49,279 nt of DNA, from positions 1 to 49,279 of the forward strand of contig JALVVU010000066.1 of NCBI GenBank assembly GCA_027023255.1. The letters run 5' to 3'. Positions 34,799-43,526 of this stretch are shown here, piece after piece; position 1 is the stretch's first letter; every line of letters begins with the position of its first letter. Position numbers and translations under genes: made by a program. The notes under the pieces are model-generated. The model had not been told where the DNA came from. It saw only the letters and a list, made by a program, of their open reading frames with translations, and did no database searches. Origin of the DNA: Desulfurococcales archaeon. GTDB taxonomy: Archaea > Thermoproteota > Thermoprotei_A > Sulfolobales > NBVN01.

Positions 34799-35490
34799 TT
34801 GCTCACTCGGACCTCCACATTCACACGCAAGCTAGTGACGGGAGGGCACACCCGCGGGAGGTTGTCCTACGTGCTAGGGCCGTCGGATTAGATGTCATAG
34901 CGATCACTGACCACGACACGTTTGCCGGATCCGTGATCGCTAGGAGGTACGTGAGTGGTAGAGTGCCTTTAGTAATTACTGGTGCCGAAGTCAGAACCGT
35001 GTGGGGGGACGTGCTGGTGCTCTGCAGGGACCCCATACCAGTAATTAAGGATCCTAGGGCGCTCCGCGAACTCGCCAACGACAATGGCTGTGTCCTCATA
35101 CCTGCTCACCCTTTCGATGTCATGAGATTAGGTATAGGGTGGCGGGTAAGGGAAGATTTATGGGACTGCATAGAGTGCTTTAACATGGGCAGCGACCCGA
35201 TCACCAACACCATGGCTTGGATGCATTGCCGCGCAACTGGGAAGCCATGCATAGCGTGTTCAGACGCCCACGTGCTTGAAATGGTGGGTGTGGCTAGGAC
35301 ACTCATTGAGGTTCCGGACCTTGCGTTAGATAATGTCTTAGAGTCTCTCCGGAAGGGCCTAGTAACTCCCCGCCCAAAGTACTCGGTAACGGGGCTGGCT
35401 AGGAAGGTCGCCTGGGGTATTCAGCGAAAGCTACATGGTCACACCCGGTACCCTGCACTCAGCGAGGATCTTTATTTAAAAACAGTGTAA
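34795..35490 (+). CDS. PHP-domain metal-dependent phosphoesterase
   Basis: DLHIHTQASDG, ITDHDT and PAHPF are PHP motifs. An ATGA overlap (34795-34798) joins it to the upstream gene. Confidence 0.8.
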   Translation: MIAHSDLHIHTQASDGRAHPREVVLRARAVGLDVIAITDHDTFAGSVIARRYVSGRVPLVITGAEVRTVWGDVLVLCRDPIPVIKDPRALRELANDNGCVLIPAHPFDVMRLGIGWRVREDLWDCIECFNMGSDPITNTMAWMHCRATGKPCIACSDAHVLEMVGVARTLIEVPDLALDNVLESLRKGLVTPRPKYSVTGLARKVAWGIQRKLHGHTRYPALSEDLYLKTV

Positions 35491-35538
35491 TAATGGGAAC
35501 CGTGAAAGTAACGTGTCGTCTGCGGTGATGCTGAGGCC

Positions 35539-36201
35539 TTGGGGAAGGAGCAGGATAGGAAGGAGATCGTAGTCACGCCAAGTGAGCTAAGGAAGCTAGG
35601 CTTCTGTCCTACACTTTACTTCTTTGATGTCCACACCCCCGTTCCTCAACCCCTAGCACTACGTCTTAGGGCGTGGTTGGGGCGTTTAGCTCACGCAATA
35701 CATCACATACTGCGTCCTGGATGGGTTAAGGAGGAACTGCTTAGGGCTAGGGTTGATGAGTTAGGCGTAGTGCTTGTAGGTAAGCCCGATAGCTATAGGA
35801 TTAACAACACTAAGGGCACGCTAATTGTTGAGGAGTTCAAGAGCAGGAAAGCCCCCAGGTTCGAATCCCCCTGCGTGGTTAACGGCGTGTGGTTGGGGGA
35901 CGCACTACAGGTTATGGCGTACGCCTACATATTGAGTAAGGTTCATGACGTCAAGATAGAGCGGATCGAGTTGAGGCTCCGATACATAAACAAGACAGTG
36001 AGCCTCAGGTACGATGATGACCTGCTAGTTAAGTACCTTAAGTTATTGAAGGACATAAGGGACGGGATATTTCCCGAGCCTAGGTGGGTAAGTAGGAGGA
36101 AGTGTCGGTTATGTCCCTACAAGGAGGTCTGTCCCTACTCACCATTTAGCGTATTGGAGGATCTTGGAGGCGAGCGAGGCGTTGACTCCTCCGAAGCGTG
36201 A
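35539..36201 (+). CDS. Cas4-like / RecB-family PD-(D/E)xK exonuclease with 4-Cys cluster
   Basis: N-terminal Cys (GFCPTLYFF), GKPD...IVEEFKSRK (D/ExK), QVMAYAY (QxxxY) and a C-terminal CRLCPYKEVC. Confidence 0.7.
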   Translation: MGKEQDRKEIVVTPSELRKLGFCPTLYFFDVHTPVPQPLALRLRAWLGRLAHAIHHILRPGWVKEELLRARVDELGVVLVGKPDSYRINNTKGTLIVEEFKSRKAPRFESPCVVNGVWLGDALQVMAYAYILSKVHDVKIERIELRLRYINKTVSLRYDDDLLVKYLKLLKDIRDGIFPEPRWVSRRKCRLCPYKEVCPYSPFSVLEDLGGERGVDSSEA

Positions 36202-37512
36202 AATCAGTTCCTGAGCCCTCTTACGCGTTATGATGATTACTCCTAAATCCCTTAACCTGGCTATGGACGCGGCTAGTCTTTCCTGTGCTTCCCACTGACC
36301 ATACATAGCGCCCTTTCCCAGCAACTTGAAGAGTTCTTTCCTTAACCATTCACTAATTTTCCCGGGTTTTTCAAAGGAGTAAGGCGTTCCTGGGAGAGGA
36401 AGGAACACGTGTGCGTGCACCCTAGCGCCCAGCCTAGTTAATTCCTTCATGTGCTCTAGGGTCTCCCTTACATCTTCCTCGGTTTCCTTGGGGAGACCGA
36501 AGATGTAGTCCACGTCAACGTCGAAGCCCGCACTCCTTAAGTGAATTACCGCGTTAGTAACGTCCTCAACCGTGTGTCCCCGATGTAATTCCTTAAGCAT
36601 TCTGTTTGACCCTGATTGAGCCCCAACTATCACCCTCCTATTGTCGACGCTCTCCTTGAGGAGTAGAGCCGCCTCTCTATCCACGAATTCCGGCCTTACC
36701 TCTGAGGGAAATACGCCGAAGAATATCCTAGCCCCCTTCGTCCTAAGTTTCTGGAGTTTCCCCAGGAGCTCAGCCACCTTACTTAAGTCGCGTTTCCCAT
36801 TCTGCGCCCCGTAGCCTAAGGCGTTAGGCGTTATGAACCTCAAGTCTCGGATGCCGTTACTCACCATTAATTCAGCGTGGTGTATTATGTTATCTATGCT
36901 CCTGTGCCTGTATCTCGCGCCGAAGGCGTAGCTAACTTGACAGTACTTGCAGGCGTGAGGGCACCCGCGAGTCACTTCTATGGGGTTAAACAACCTGTGC
37001 TTTAAGGCGAACGCGGGGAACCTATCTAAGTCACATACCCTGCCCTTGCCAGTTATTATGAACTCCTCCTCATCGATATAGGCGAGTCCTGGCCTCACGG
37101 ACTTAGGGTCGCCTCCTTCGACAATTTCTCTTAGGAATTGAGTGAAGGATTCCTCCGAATCCCCCATGAAGACGTACTCAAAACCAAGTGAAAGTAGTGT
37201 CCCGTAAGGATCCCCGGTGGCGTGAGGACCTCCGGCAACAGGTATTGCGCCAATTCTCCGAGCCGTAGTTACTGCCTTAATGATATCGTTAATTGTCTCA
37301 GGTAGTTCAGTCGTGATTAGTGTTTGACCATATATTACCCGCTTCTTACCGTATTCCTTAACGAGGCTCACCAGCAGGTTAGGGATAGCCTTCAGAGGGG
37401 TCACGAAAATATCTACTGAGTCCCCTAACTCTTGCTCAATAGCCCCCACTAACACATTTACGCTATACTTCACCCTTCGCCCGTAACCAAACACCAACGC
37501 TACTGAGCCCAT
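36139..37512 (-). CDS. Radical SAM protein with N-terminal B12-binding-like domain
   Basis: CPHACKYC CxxxCxxC motif, a Rossmann-like N-terminal third and 457 aa. Its 3' end overlaps the Cas4-like gene by 63 nt. Confidence 0.8.
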   Translation of the reverse strand: MGSVALVFGYGRRVKYSVNVLVGAIEQELGDSVDIFVTPLKAIPNLLVSLVKEYGKKRVIYGQTLITTELPETINDIIKAVTTARRIGAIPVAGGPHATGDPYGTLLSLGFEYVFMGDSEESFTQFLREIVEGGDPKSVRPGLAYIDEEEFIITGKGRVCDLDRFPAFALKHRLFNPIEVTRGCPHACKYCQVSYAFGARYRHRSIDNIIHHAELMVSNGIRDLRFITPNALGYGAQNGKRDLSKVAELLGKLQKLRTKGARIFFGVFPSEVRPEFVDREAALLLKESVDNRRVIVGAQSGSNRMLKELHRGHTVEDVTNAVIHLRSAGFDVDVDYIFGLPKETEEDVRETLEHMKELTRLGARVHAHVFLPLPGTPYSFEKPGKISEWLRKELFKLLGKGAMYGQWEAQERLAASIARLRDLGVIIITRKRAQELISRFGGVNASLASKILQYAKW

Positions 37513-37707
37513 TAACCATTCACCGCATGCGTCGCTAAAGCCCGCCAGACATCATCGCGTGGGCTCAGCTACGACCGCACCGCTCATCCACGCTATTTGC
37601 CTGGTCGAGGGTGATAAATTTAATCCACCACTCCCAAGCTTCATATGGCCTTATGATTTGGTGATGTTTAAAAGTATTAAGCGCTGAAGGCATTGATATA
37701 GAAGAGG

Positions 37708-38742
37708 TTGGATTCCTTGCCTATGATTAGGGCCCTCACCTTCAACGTCAAAGACACAGGTGATGTTGAAGGAGCCCTTTCCGTAGCGATGAGTATCAAG
37801 GATAGCGTTGAGAATAGGGGTATTAGGGTATGGGACGTTAGGTTAACGTTGAGTAGCGGTGTGAACAACAAGATCCTTGATAGATTATGTGGCGAGAACA
37901 TAATTTTCTCAGCTTACCAGTCTAGGATGTACCGTGTTGAGATTGAGGAATTGAAGAATGCGCTCAGGTGCAGTAACTCTTACGCCTCAATAATAGTTAC
38001 GAGAAGGAAGGATATTCGAAAGGCCGTGAACATACTTAGGGAAGTCGCCCACGACTTAGGGGTCGAGGCGACCACTAGGCTTGCCTTCTCTATCGGTGCA
38101 CCTATCGAAACACCATACTACCCATTATCTGTTCCTTTAAGGAGCGGGGTTACCGTTGCTTTAAGGTACGTGGATTTACTAGCCTCAAGCCCCATGAGTA
38201 AGTGGGTTGATGTGGTGGCGGAGTTCTTGAGGAAGGTGGAGAGTGCCGTGAGGGACGCTGCCGAGGAGCGCGGTGTGAGCTACTTAGGTATCGATGCTTC
38301 ACTCTCGCCATGGATGGAGGAGTCCGTGGTACCTATAATAGAGCGCGTTCTGAAGCTCCCGTTCCCCTCCGCTGGGAGTGCATGGGCAATACGACATATC
38401 AATAATGAAGTAATCGCGGCAGCAGTAAAAAAGGCTGGGGTGAGGAGCATTGGTTTCAACGAGCTCATGCTTCCTGTAGGTGAGGATAGCAAGTTACTCG
38501 AACTTGCCGATAAAGGGAAAATATGTTTGCGTGACCTCACTTACTTAGCTGCTTACTGTGTTGCTGGCATTGACATGATTGCCGTTCCCGATGACCCAAC
38601 CTTACTGGCTTCGGTGATGCTTGACGCGTTAGCCGCCCATAAGGTTAAGGGTAGGGTGGTGGGTGTGCGTGTCTTGCCTGACGTGGATGGAACCGGCTTC
38701 ATTGAAACAAGAATGTTTGGGAGGATTCCTGTGATAAGGTGA
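37708..38742 (+). CDS. Hypothetical protein, possibly DUF711/UPF0210 family
   Basis: The N-terminal IRALTF... resembles the IRTIT motif of UPF0210 proteins. The assignment rests on memory only. An ATG alternative lies at 37723, and TTTAAAAG at about 37658-37665 could be a TATA box. Confidence 0.5.
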   Translation: MDSLPMIRALTFNVKDTGDVEGALSVAMSIKDSVENRGIRVWDVRLTLSSGVNNKILDRLCGENIIFSAYQSRMYRVEIEELKNALRCSNSYASIIVTRRKDIRKAVNILREVAHDLGVEATTRLAFSIGAPIETPYYPLSVPLRSGVTVALRYVDLLASSPMSKWVDVVAEFLRKVESAVRDAAEERGVSYLGIDASLSPWMEESVVPIIERVLKLPFPSAGSAWAIRHINNEVIAAAVKKAGVRSIGFNELMLPVGEDSKLLELADKGKICLRDLTYLAAYCVAGIDMIAVPDDPTLLASVMLDALAAHKVKGRVVGVRVLPDVDGTGFIETRMFGRIPVIR

Positions 38743-38797
38743 TGCCCTCTGGATTGATGCGGGCGTAACGCAGGAAAAAGGTTCCAAGGGAACCTAA

Positions 38798-39523
38798 CTA
38801 ACTAGTGCTTGACCCGCTTCCCTCGCCGCCAGTCTGTACGGTACCTTCACTTGCTGATGGCGCATACCCGTACGCGTAGTACTGCTGTTCCTCGGGCTCC
38901 TTAGCTGTTAGGAATCCTATGCCGGCAAGTATGTTCGCTATGAACAGCAGTATCCCAGCAGTTATAACACCTGCCAGCAAGCCACCGACGAACATCCCTC
39001 CAGCCCCGCTTGCGGCATGCGACGTTGCTTGAGTAATGACGAGAACCACGAATAGTATCGCCACCACTATCCCAACGATGTAGAGGATGGCGGATGCTCT
39101 TATGAGGCCGGACCTGTAGAAGGATCCTGCCTGGTAGAGTGACGCTAGCATAAGTATGAAGTAGACCACGTAGAGTAGTGAGGCTACAGCTATGACGGCT
39201 ATCCCAGCTAGCCCTACTGGCATCTTCTTAAGTAATTCCTCAGTGAAGTTTCCAGGAAAGGTTTGCGGGGGCTGACCCTGTCCTGCGGTGATTTCATGTT
39301 GTAGGGAACTTATTAAGGGGAACAGCGCGCCTATTAACGCCACCATGCCTACGATGATTAGTATTATTGATATTAGACCAAGTATGCCGGTAGCTGTCCA
39401 GAGCCCTCTTTTCCTTCGGCGGCCTTCAATGATCCATGCTATGGGGAGCAGGATTACACCTATGATGTTGATGTAGGGTATTGCTAAGAGTATATAGGAT
39501 ATCCCCAGTAACGTCTTACTCAC
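38798..39523 (-). CDS. Integral membrane protein (about 6 TM), unknown function
   Basis: Hydrophobic throughout, with a Gly/Ser/Tyr-rich C-terminal tail. Confidence 0.7.
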   Translation of the reverse strand: MSKTLLGISYILLAIPYINIIGVILLPIAWIIEGRRRKRGLWTATGILGLISIILIIVGMVALIGALFPLISSLQHEITAGQGQPPQTFPGNFTEELLKKMPVGLAGIAVIAVASLLYVVYFILMLASLYQAGSFYRSGLIRASAILYIVGIVVAILFVVLVITQATSHAASGAGGMFVGGLLAGVITAGILLFIANILAGIGFLTAKEPEEQQYYAYGYAPSASEGTVQTGGEGSGSSTS

Positions 39524-39707
39524 TACCCATCACCTCTTCTCTTTTTGGTCTCCTTGATACTTGTTTACATTCAAGTACTTTATATCTGTTCTCAATAAAT
39601 GAACTGCTGTTAGCTTGGTAATACCTGAAGTCAACCTCGAGCGATTACCTTGGACCTAACCTTAATTTACGCTGAGTCAGATATGGCTGAAGCGGGGCCA
39701 CAGGTAA

Positions 39708-41834
39708 TTGAGTGATGAAGAAATGTTCGTCGACGTAGAGTCCCTGACGCAGGAGGGGCTCCCTGAGAGCGTTGTAAACCTACTGAAGGAAAGGGGAATA
39801 CGTAAGCTCACACCTCCTCAGTCAAGCGCGATTAAGGCAGGACTACTTAAGGGAAGGAACATACTAGTTACGGCACCCACAGCAAGCGGGAAGACGTTAA
39901 TAGGTGAGCTTGCCTTGCTGAGAGCCTTCTTAGATGGGCACATAGGTATTTACGTCACACCCCTGAAGACCTTAGCTAGTGAGAAGTACGAGGAATTCAA
40001 GTTCTGGGGGAGATTAGGGCTTAAGGTTGGCATAACTACAGGCGACTATGACGAGCCGGGTGAGTGGTTGGGTAAGTATGACGCGATTGTTGCCACGTAC
40101 GAGAGGCTGGACTCAATACTTCGGCTGAAGCCCTCCTGGCTAGCGCGTGTCGGTGTCGTGGTAGTTGATGAGATGCACATGATAGGTGACAGGGATCGAG
40201 GACCCATAGTGGAGTTAATCGTCGTTAAGGCTTCCCGCATAGGTGCGCAAGTAGTTGGGTTGTCCGCAACCATAGGTAACCCTGAAGAGATAGCTGAATG
40301 GCTTGATGCTGAGCTAGTGATTAGTGACTGGAGGCCCGTGAAGCTCATTGAGGGCTTCTACAACAAGCGTCGCCGCGAGATAATCTTCGAGGACGGACGT
40401 GTGGAGAAAGTCAAGGATGGGAACCTAATCAAGCATACCGCCCTTCAAGCCCTGAAGGAATCCTATCAAGCAATAATATTCCTGCAGGCCAGAAACAGGG
40501 CTGAATCAGCTGCGCGCATCCTGAGTAAGTTGCTTCCTAACGAGCCGGGTGCCTCCCAACTCATCAGTGAGCTCAAGGAAGGCTCGCCGAGAACGGAGGT
40601 TGAGTCACTCGCGCCCCTCATAATGCACGGTGTCGCGTATCATCATGCAGGGCTCTCGATGAATGCTAGGAGAGTGATTGAGAAAGGCTTTAGGGAAGGT
40701 TTAATCAAGGTTGTAACAGCCACACCAACGCTCGCCGCAGGTATTAACATGCCTGCCCGCAGAGTAGTCATCTACACTAGAAGGTACTCTGAGGGTTACA
40801 TGCGCCCCATCTCCATCTCGGAGTACAAGCAGATGGCTGGCCGGGCCGGTAGACCTCAGTACGATCCCTACGGGGAAGCCGTACTGGCTGACGTGAAAAA
40901 CGAGAGTGAAGGGTGGAGATACATTAACGGCACACCCGAAGTAGTTCATTCCTCACTGATTAATGAAAGAGCTATGCGTATACACGTGCTAGCACTAATT
41001 GCTTCGGGGGATGCCGGAAGCCTCAGGTCACTTCATGACATCATGAGCAGAACCCTAGCGTACAGGCAACTAGGTGAGGAGGCCGGTGAAAGCTCCGTTG
41101 AGTACATCCTAGATCGACTCATAGAGATGGGGATGGTCAGCGTAAATGGGACCGAGCTGCGGGCCACTAGGTTAGGGGGTTACGTGAGTAGGCTCTACAT
41201 AGACCCAATCACCGCAATAATTATTATTGACGGTCTCAAGCAGACGTTGCCAGTAGTCCACCCAATGTATTATCTTGCTTTGATAGCCATGACACCTGAC
41301 TTTAGCAGGGTTAGGGTAGTTGGTTACAGGACGCTTGAGGAGGAAGCGAACGCTGCAGTAGAGTACGGCCATATACCTGAACCAGTTACTGGTGTTGACT
41401 ACTTTGAGTGGCTTAGGGCATACAAGGTTGCCAGGATCCTGAATGCATGGATTGAGGAGGAGCCCGAGGAGCGCATTATTGAGGCCTACAACATAGGTTC
41501 AGGTGACTTGAGAACACTTGTTGAGACAGCCGAGTGGTTAACTTACGCTGCCTCAAGGGTGTGTGAGGCAGTCAACCTCACGTATCATGCTAAGGCCTTA
41601 CGGACCCTCTCACTAAGGGTTAGGTACGGCGTCAAGGAAGACCTCCTAGACCTGACTAAAGTGAAGGGCATCGGTAGGGTGAGGGCTAGGGCACTCTACA
41701 ACGCAGGCATCAGAAGTATCGAGGAGCTAGCTGCCGTAGATCCCGCAAAACTAGAGGGCTTACCGGGCTTCGGGCCTAAGGTAGCGAGGGATGTGGTTGC
41801 TGAAGCCCGGAAGCTCATCAAGCAGAAGCCGTAG
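39708..41834 (+). CDS. hel308: Hel308/Hjm Ski2-like DNA helicase
   Basis: TAPTASGKT, VVDEMH, SAT, TPTLAAGINMPARRV, QMAGRAGR and a C-terminal HhH-like domain. The first ATG is at 39723. Confidence 0.92.
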   Translation: MSDEEMFVDVESLTQEGLPESVVNLLKERGIRKLTPPQSSAIKAGLLKGRNILVTAPTASGKTLIGELALLRAFLDGHIGIYVTPLKTLASEKYEEFKFWGRLGLKVGITTGDYDEPGEWLGKYDAIVATYERLDSILRLKPSWLARVGVVVVDEMHMIGDRDRGPIVELIVVKASRIGAQVVGLSATIGNPEEIAEWLDAELVISDWRPVKLIEGFYNKRRREIIFEDGRVEKVKDGNLIKHTALQALKESYQAIIFLQARNRAESAARILSKLLPNEPGASQLISELKEGSPRTEVESLAPLIMHGVAYHHAGLSMNARRVIEKGFREGLIKVVTATPTLAAGINMPARRVVIYTRRYSEGYMRPISISEYKQMAGRAGRPQYDPYGEAVLADVKNESEGWRYINGTPEVVHSSLINERAMRIHVLALIASGDAGSLRSLHDIMSRTLAYRQLGEEAGESSVEYILDRLIEMGMVSVNGTELRATRLGGYVSRLYIDPITAIIIIDGLKQTLPVVHPMYYLALIAMTPDFSRVRVVGYRTLEEEANAAVEYGHIPEPVTGVDYFEWLRAYKVARILNAWIEEEPEERIIEAYNIGSGDLRTLVETAEWLTYAASRVCEAVNLTYHAKALRTLSLRVRYGVKEDLLDLTKVKGIGRVRARALYNAGIRSIEELAAVDPAKLEGLPGFGPKVARDVVAEARKLIKQKP

Positions 41835-41864
41835 ATTCCAAAGAAACTTATGGGCAACTAGCCT

Positions 41865-43526
41865 CTACTTGCGCTCAATGATCTCACGAAGGATCTTAGT
41901 TAGGTTAAATTCACCGGCAACCACAGGCTTCGTTAACCTTAGCTCCACCAGGACCTCTGGGTGTACCTCCCCTACTCGTCCGACCTCTACATCGTTGAGG
42001 AAAACCTTTGCTGCGCGCCCACGGATGTATGGTTTACCTTCGTATGGTTCGAACCTGTACTCTAGCCCTAGTGTTAGGGCTACGGACTTAGCCGTTACCA
42101 GTCCATCGGTGAGCGTGTACTTATCGCCCATGAGCAGGAACGCCATACCACGTACGCTTTCGGCATCATGTTGCTTAGGGATGACGTAGTCCCCTACCTC
42201 GAAGACCTCAACCTCACCCATCTTCTCCGAGTTTACCTTACCGGCAATCAGTATTGAGGCAAGCATGCAGTTTCTGAGAGCAGAGTAGGTCTTCATTTTC
42301 GGGTTAGCGACGGTGACGAAGGGTTCATCGGTGACTAATTTCAAGATATCAGGATCTATTAACATGAAGTTCACAACCTCATCGAATCCTAGCCCAACCA
42401 TTATATCTCTAATAATCCTTGTTAGGTGCTCTATGCTCGACCTACCGCTAAAGTGCGTTGGAGGTAGTGTTTCCGTGGGGAGCTCATTATATCCATACGA
42501 GATGGCGAGATCCTCGATTATGTCTACAACACCATGTACATCAACCCTGTATGGCGGCACCCAGACCCTGACGCCGTCTGAGGTAATGGAGGTAACAGCG
42601 TATCCCATGCGCTTCAGCAGTACTGGTATGTCCTCAGCGCTCACCCGTAGACCGAGAAGGGACTCTGCATCCTCAACGTGAACGCTGAATAACTTCCCTT
42701 CTAGATGAGGGGTTGTTGGGTAGGGGTTGTCTGGGGCTCCGCCGACCACCTTCGCCCTCATTATAAGGGCTTTGCCGTAGCCTCTTTCAAGGACTGCGTA
42801 GGTCATGACGTTCAGTACACGCATCATTAGGTGGGGTTCCGTACCGGTCACGTCTATGATTATGTTCTTTGTTTCTGGGGTGACCTTATTCCACTCCGCA
42901 TTTAGGATTGGAGGGAATGATAGCACCTGTCCCTCGGAGTCCGTGAGGAGAGGGTATTCTCCCTCTTTAACTAGGTGGGCGTACTTCACGCCTTTCTCGG
43001 TTTTCTCAAGGATTTCCTTGAGGCTCATCTCCTCAGAGTAGCCTAGCGGGACGTAACGGCCATCGCTAACTGACGTGTAGATTATTGGGGGCTTCACCTT
43101 GTCCAGATCGTAGAGACCTATGGATACTAACGCCCTGTCACGGCAGTACGTGGCGTGTAGTTTCTCTTGAAGCTGGAATAGCTGCCTTATGGCTTCATCG
43201 TCTAGTTCAACACCCTTAACTATGGATATGTATGCGTAAGGCCTGTACCTTGGGGGATTAACTATCCTAAGCTCAGTCATATCGCCACTCACAGGGGGTG
43301 CACTAGGAGGTTCCTCCACCCCTAGTAAGTACCGTAGCGCTCTCCCAAGACCTTCAGCTGAAAACAAGTCTGGCCTGTCATGGCTTGCCTCAAAGACTAT
43401 GCTGTCACCGCTAACCTCCTCCACCTCACCTTTCATTAGCTCCAGTGCTTTCAGTAGTTCCTCACTACTAATGTTCTTCCTAGCAAGTCTTTGAAGATCC
43501 GTGAATGAGACCTCAACTATCGGCAT
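41865..43526 (-). CDS. pheT: Phenylalanine-tRNA ligase, beta subunit (archaeal type)
   Basis: 553 aa with B3/4 and B5 domains. It is coupled to pheS by a TAATG overlap at 43526. Confidence 0.93.
   Translation of the reverse strand: MPIVEVSFTDLQRLARKNISSEELLKALELMKGEVEEVSGDSIVFEASHDRPDLFSAEGLGRALRYLLGVEEPPSAPPVSGDMTELRIVNPPRYRPYAYISIVKGVELDDEAIRQLFQLQEKLHATYCRDRALVSIGLYDLDKVKPPIIYTSVSDGRYVPLGYSEEMSLKEILEKTEKGVKYAHLVKEGEYPLLTDSEGQVLSFPPILNAEWNKVTPETKNIIIDVTGTEPHLMMRVLNVMTYAVLERGYGKALIMRAKVVGGAPDNPYPTTPHLEGKLFSVHVEDAESLLGLRVSAEDIPVLLKRMGYAVTSITSDGVRVWVPPYRVDVHGVVDIIEDLAISYGYNELPTETLPPTHFSGRSSIEHLTRIIRDIMVGLGFDEVVNFMLIDPDILKLVTDEPFVTVANPKMKTYSALRNCMLASILIAGKVNSEKMGEVEVFEVGDYVIPKQHDAESVRGMAFLLMGDKYTLTDGLVTAKSVALTLGLEYRFEPYEGKPYIRGRAAKVFLNDVEVGRVGEVHPEVLVELRLTKPVVAGEFNLTKILREIIERK

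Noticed and set aside
35858-35868. GGTTCGAATCC, the classic tRNA T-loop string
   Set aside because: The flanking bases (CCCCCA.. / ..CCCTG) cannot form a 5-bp T-stem. No acceptor, D or anticodon arms can be drawn. The string lies in frame inside the Cas4-like ORF, coding ..PRFESP...
35491-37512. A CRISPR array or cas operon expected near the Cas4-like gene
   Set aside because: Reading through the flanking and all other intergenic regions showed no regularly spaced direct repeats and no other cas-like proteins.
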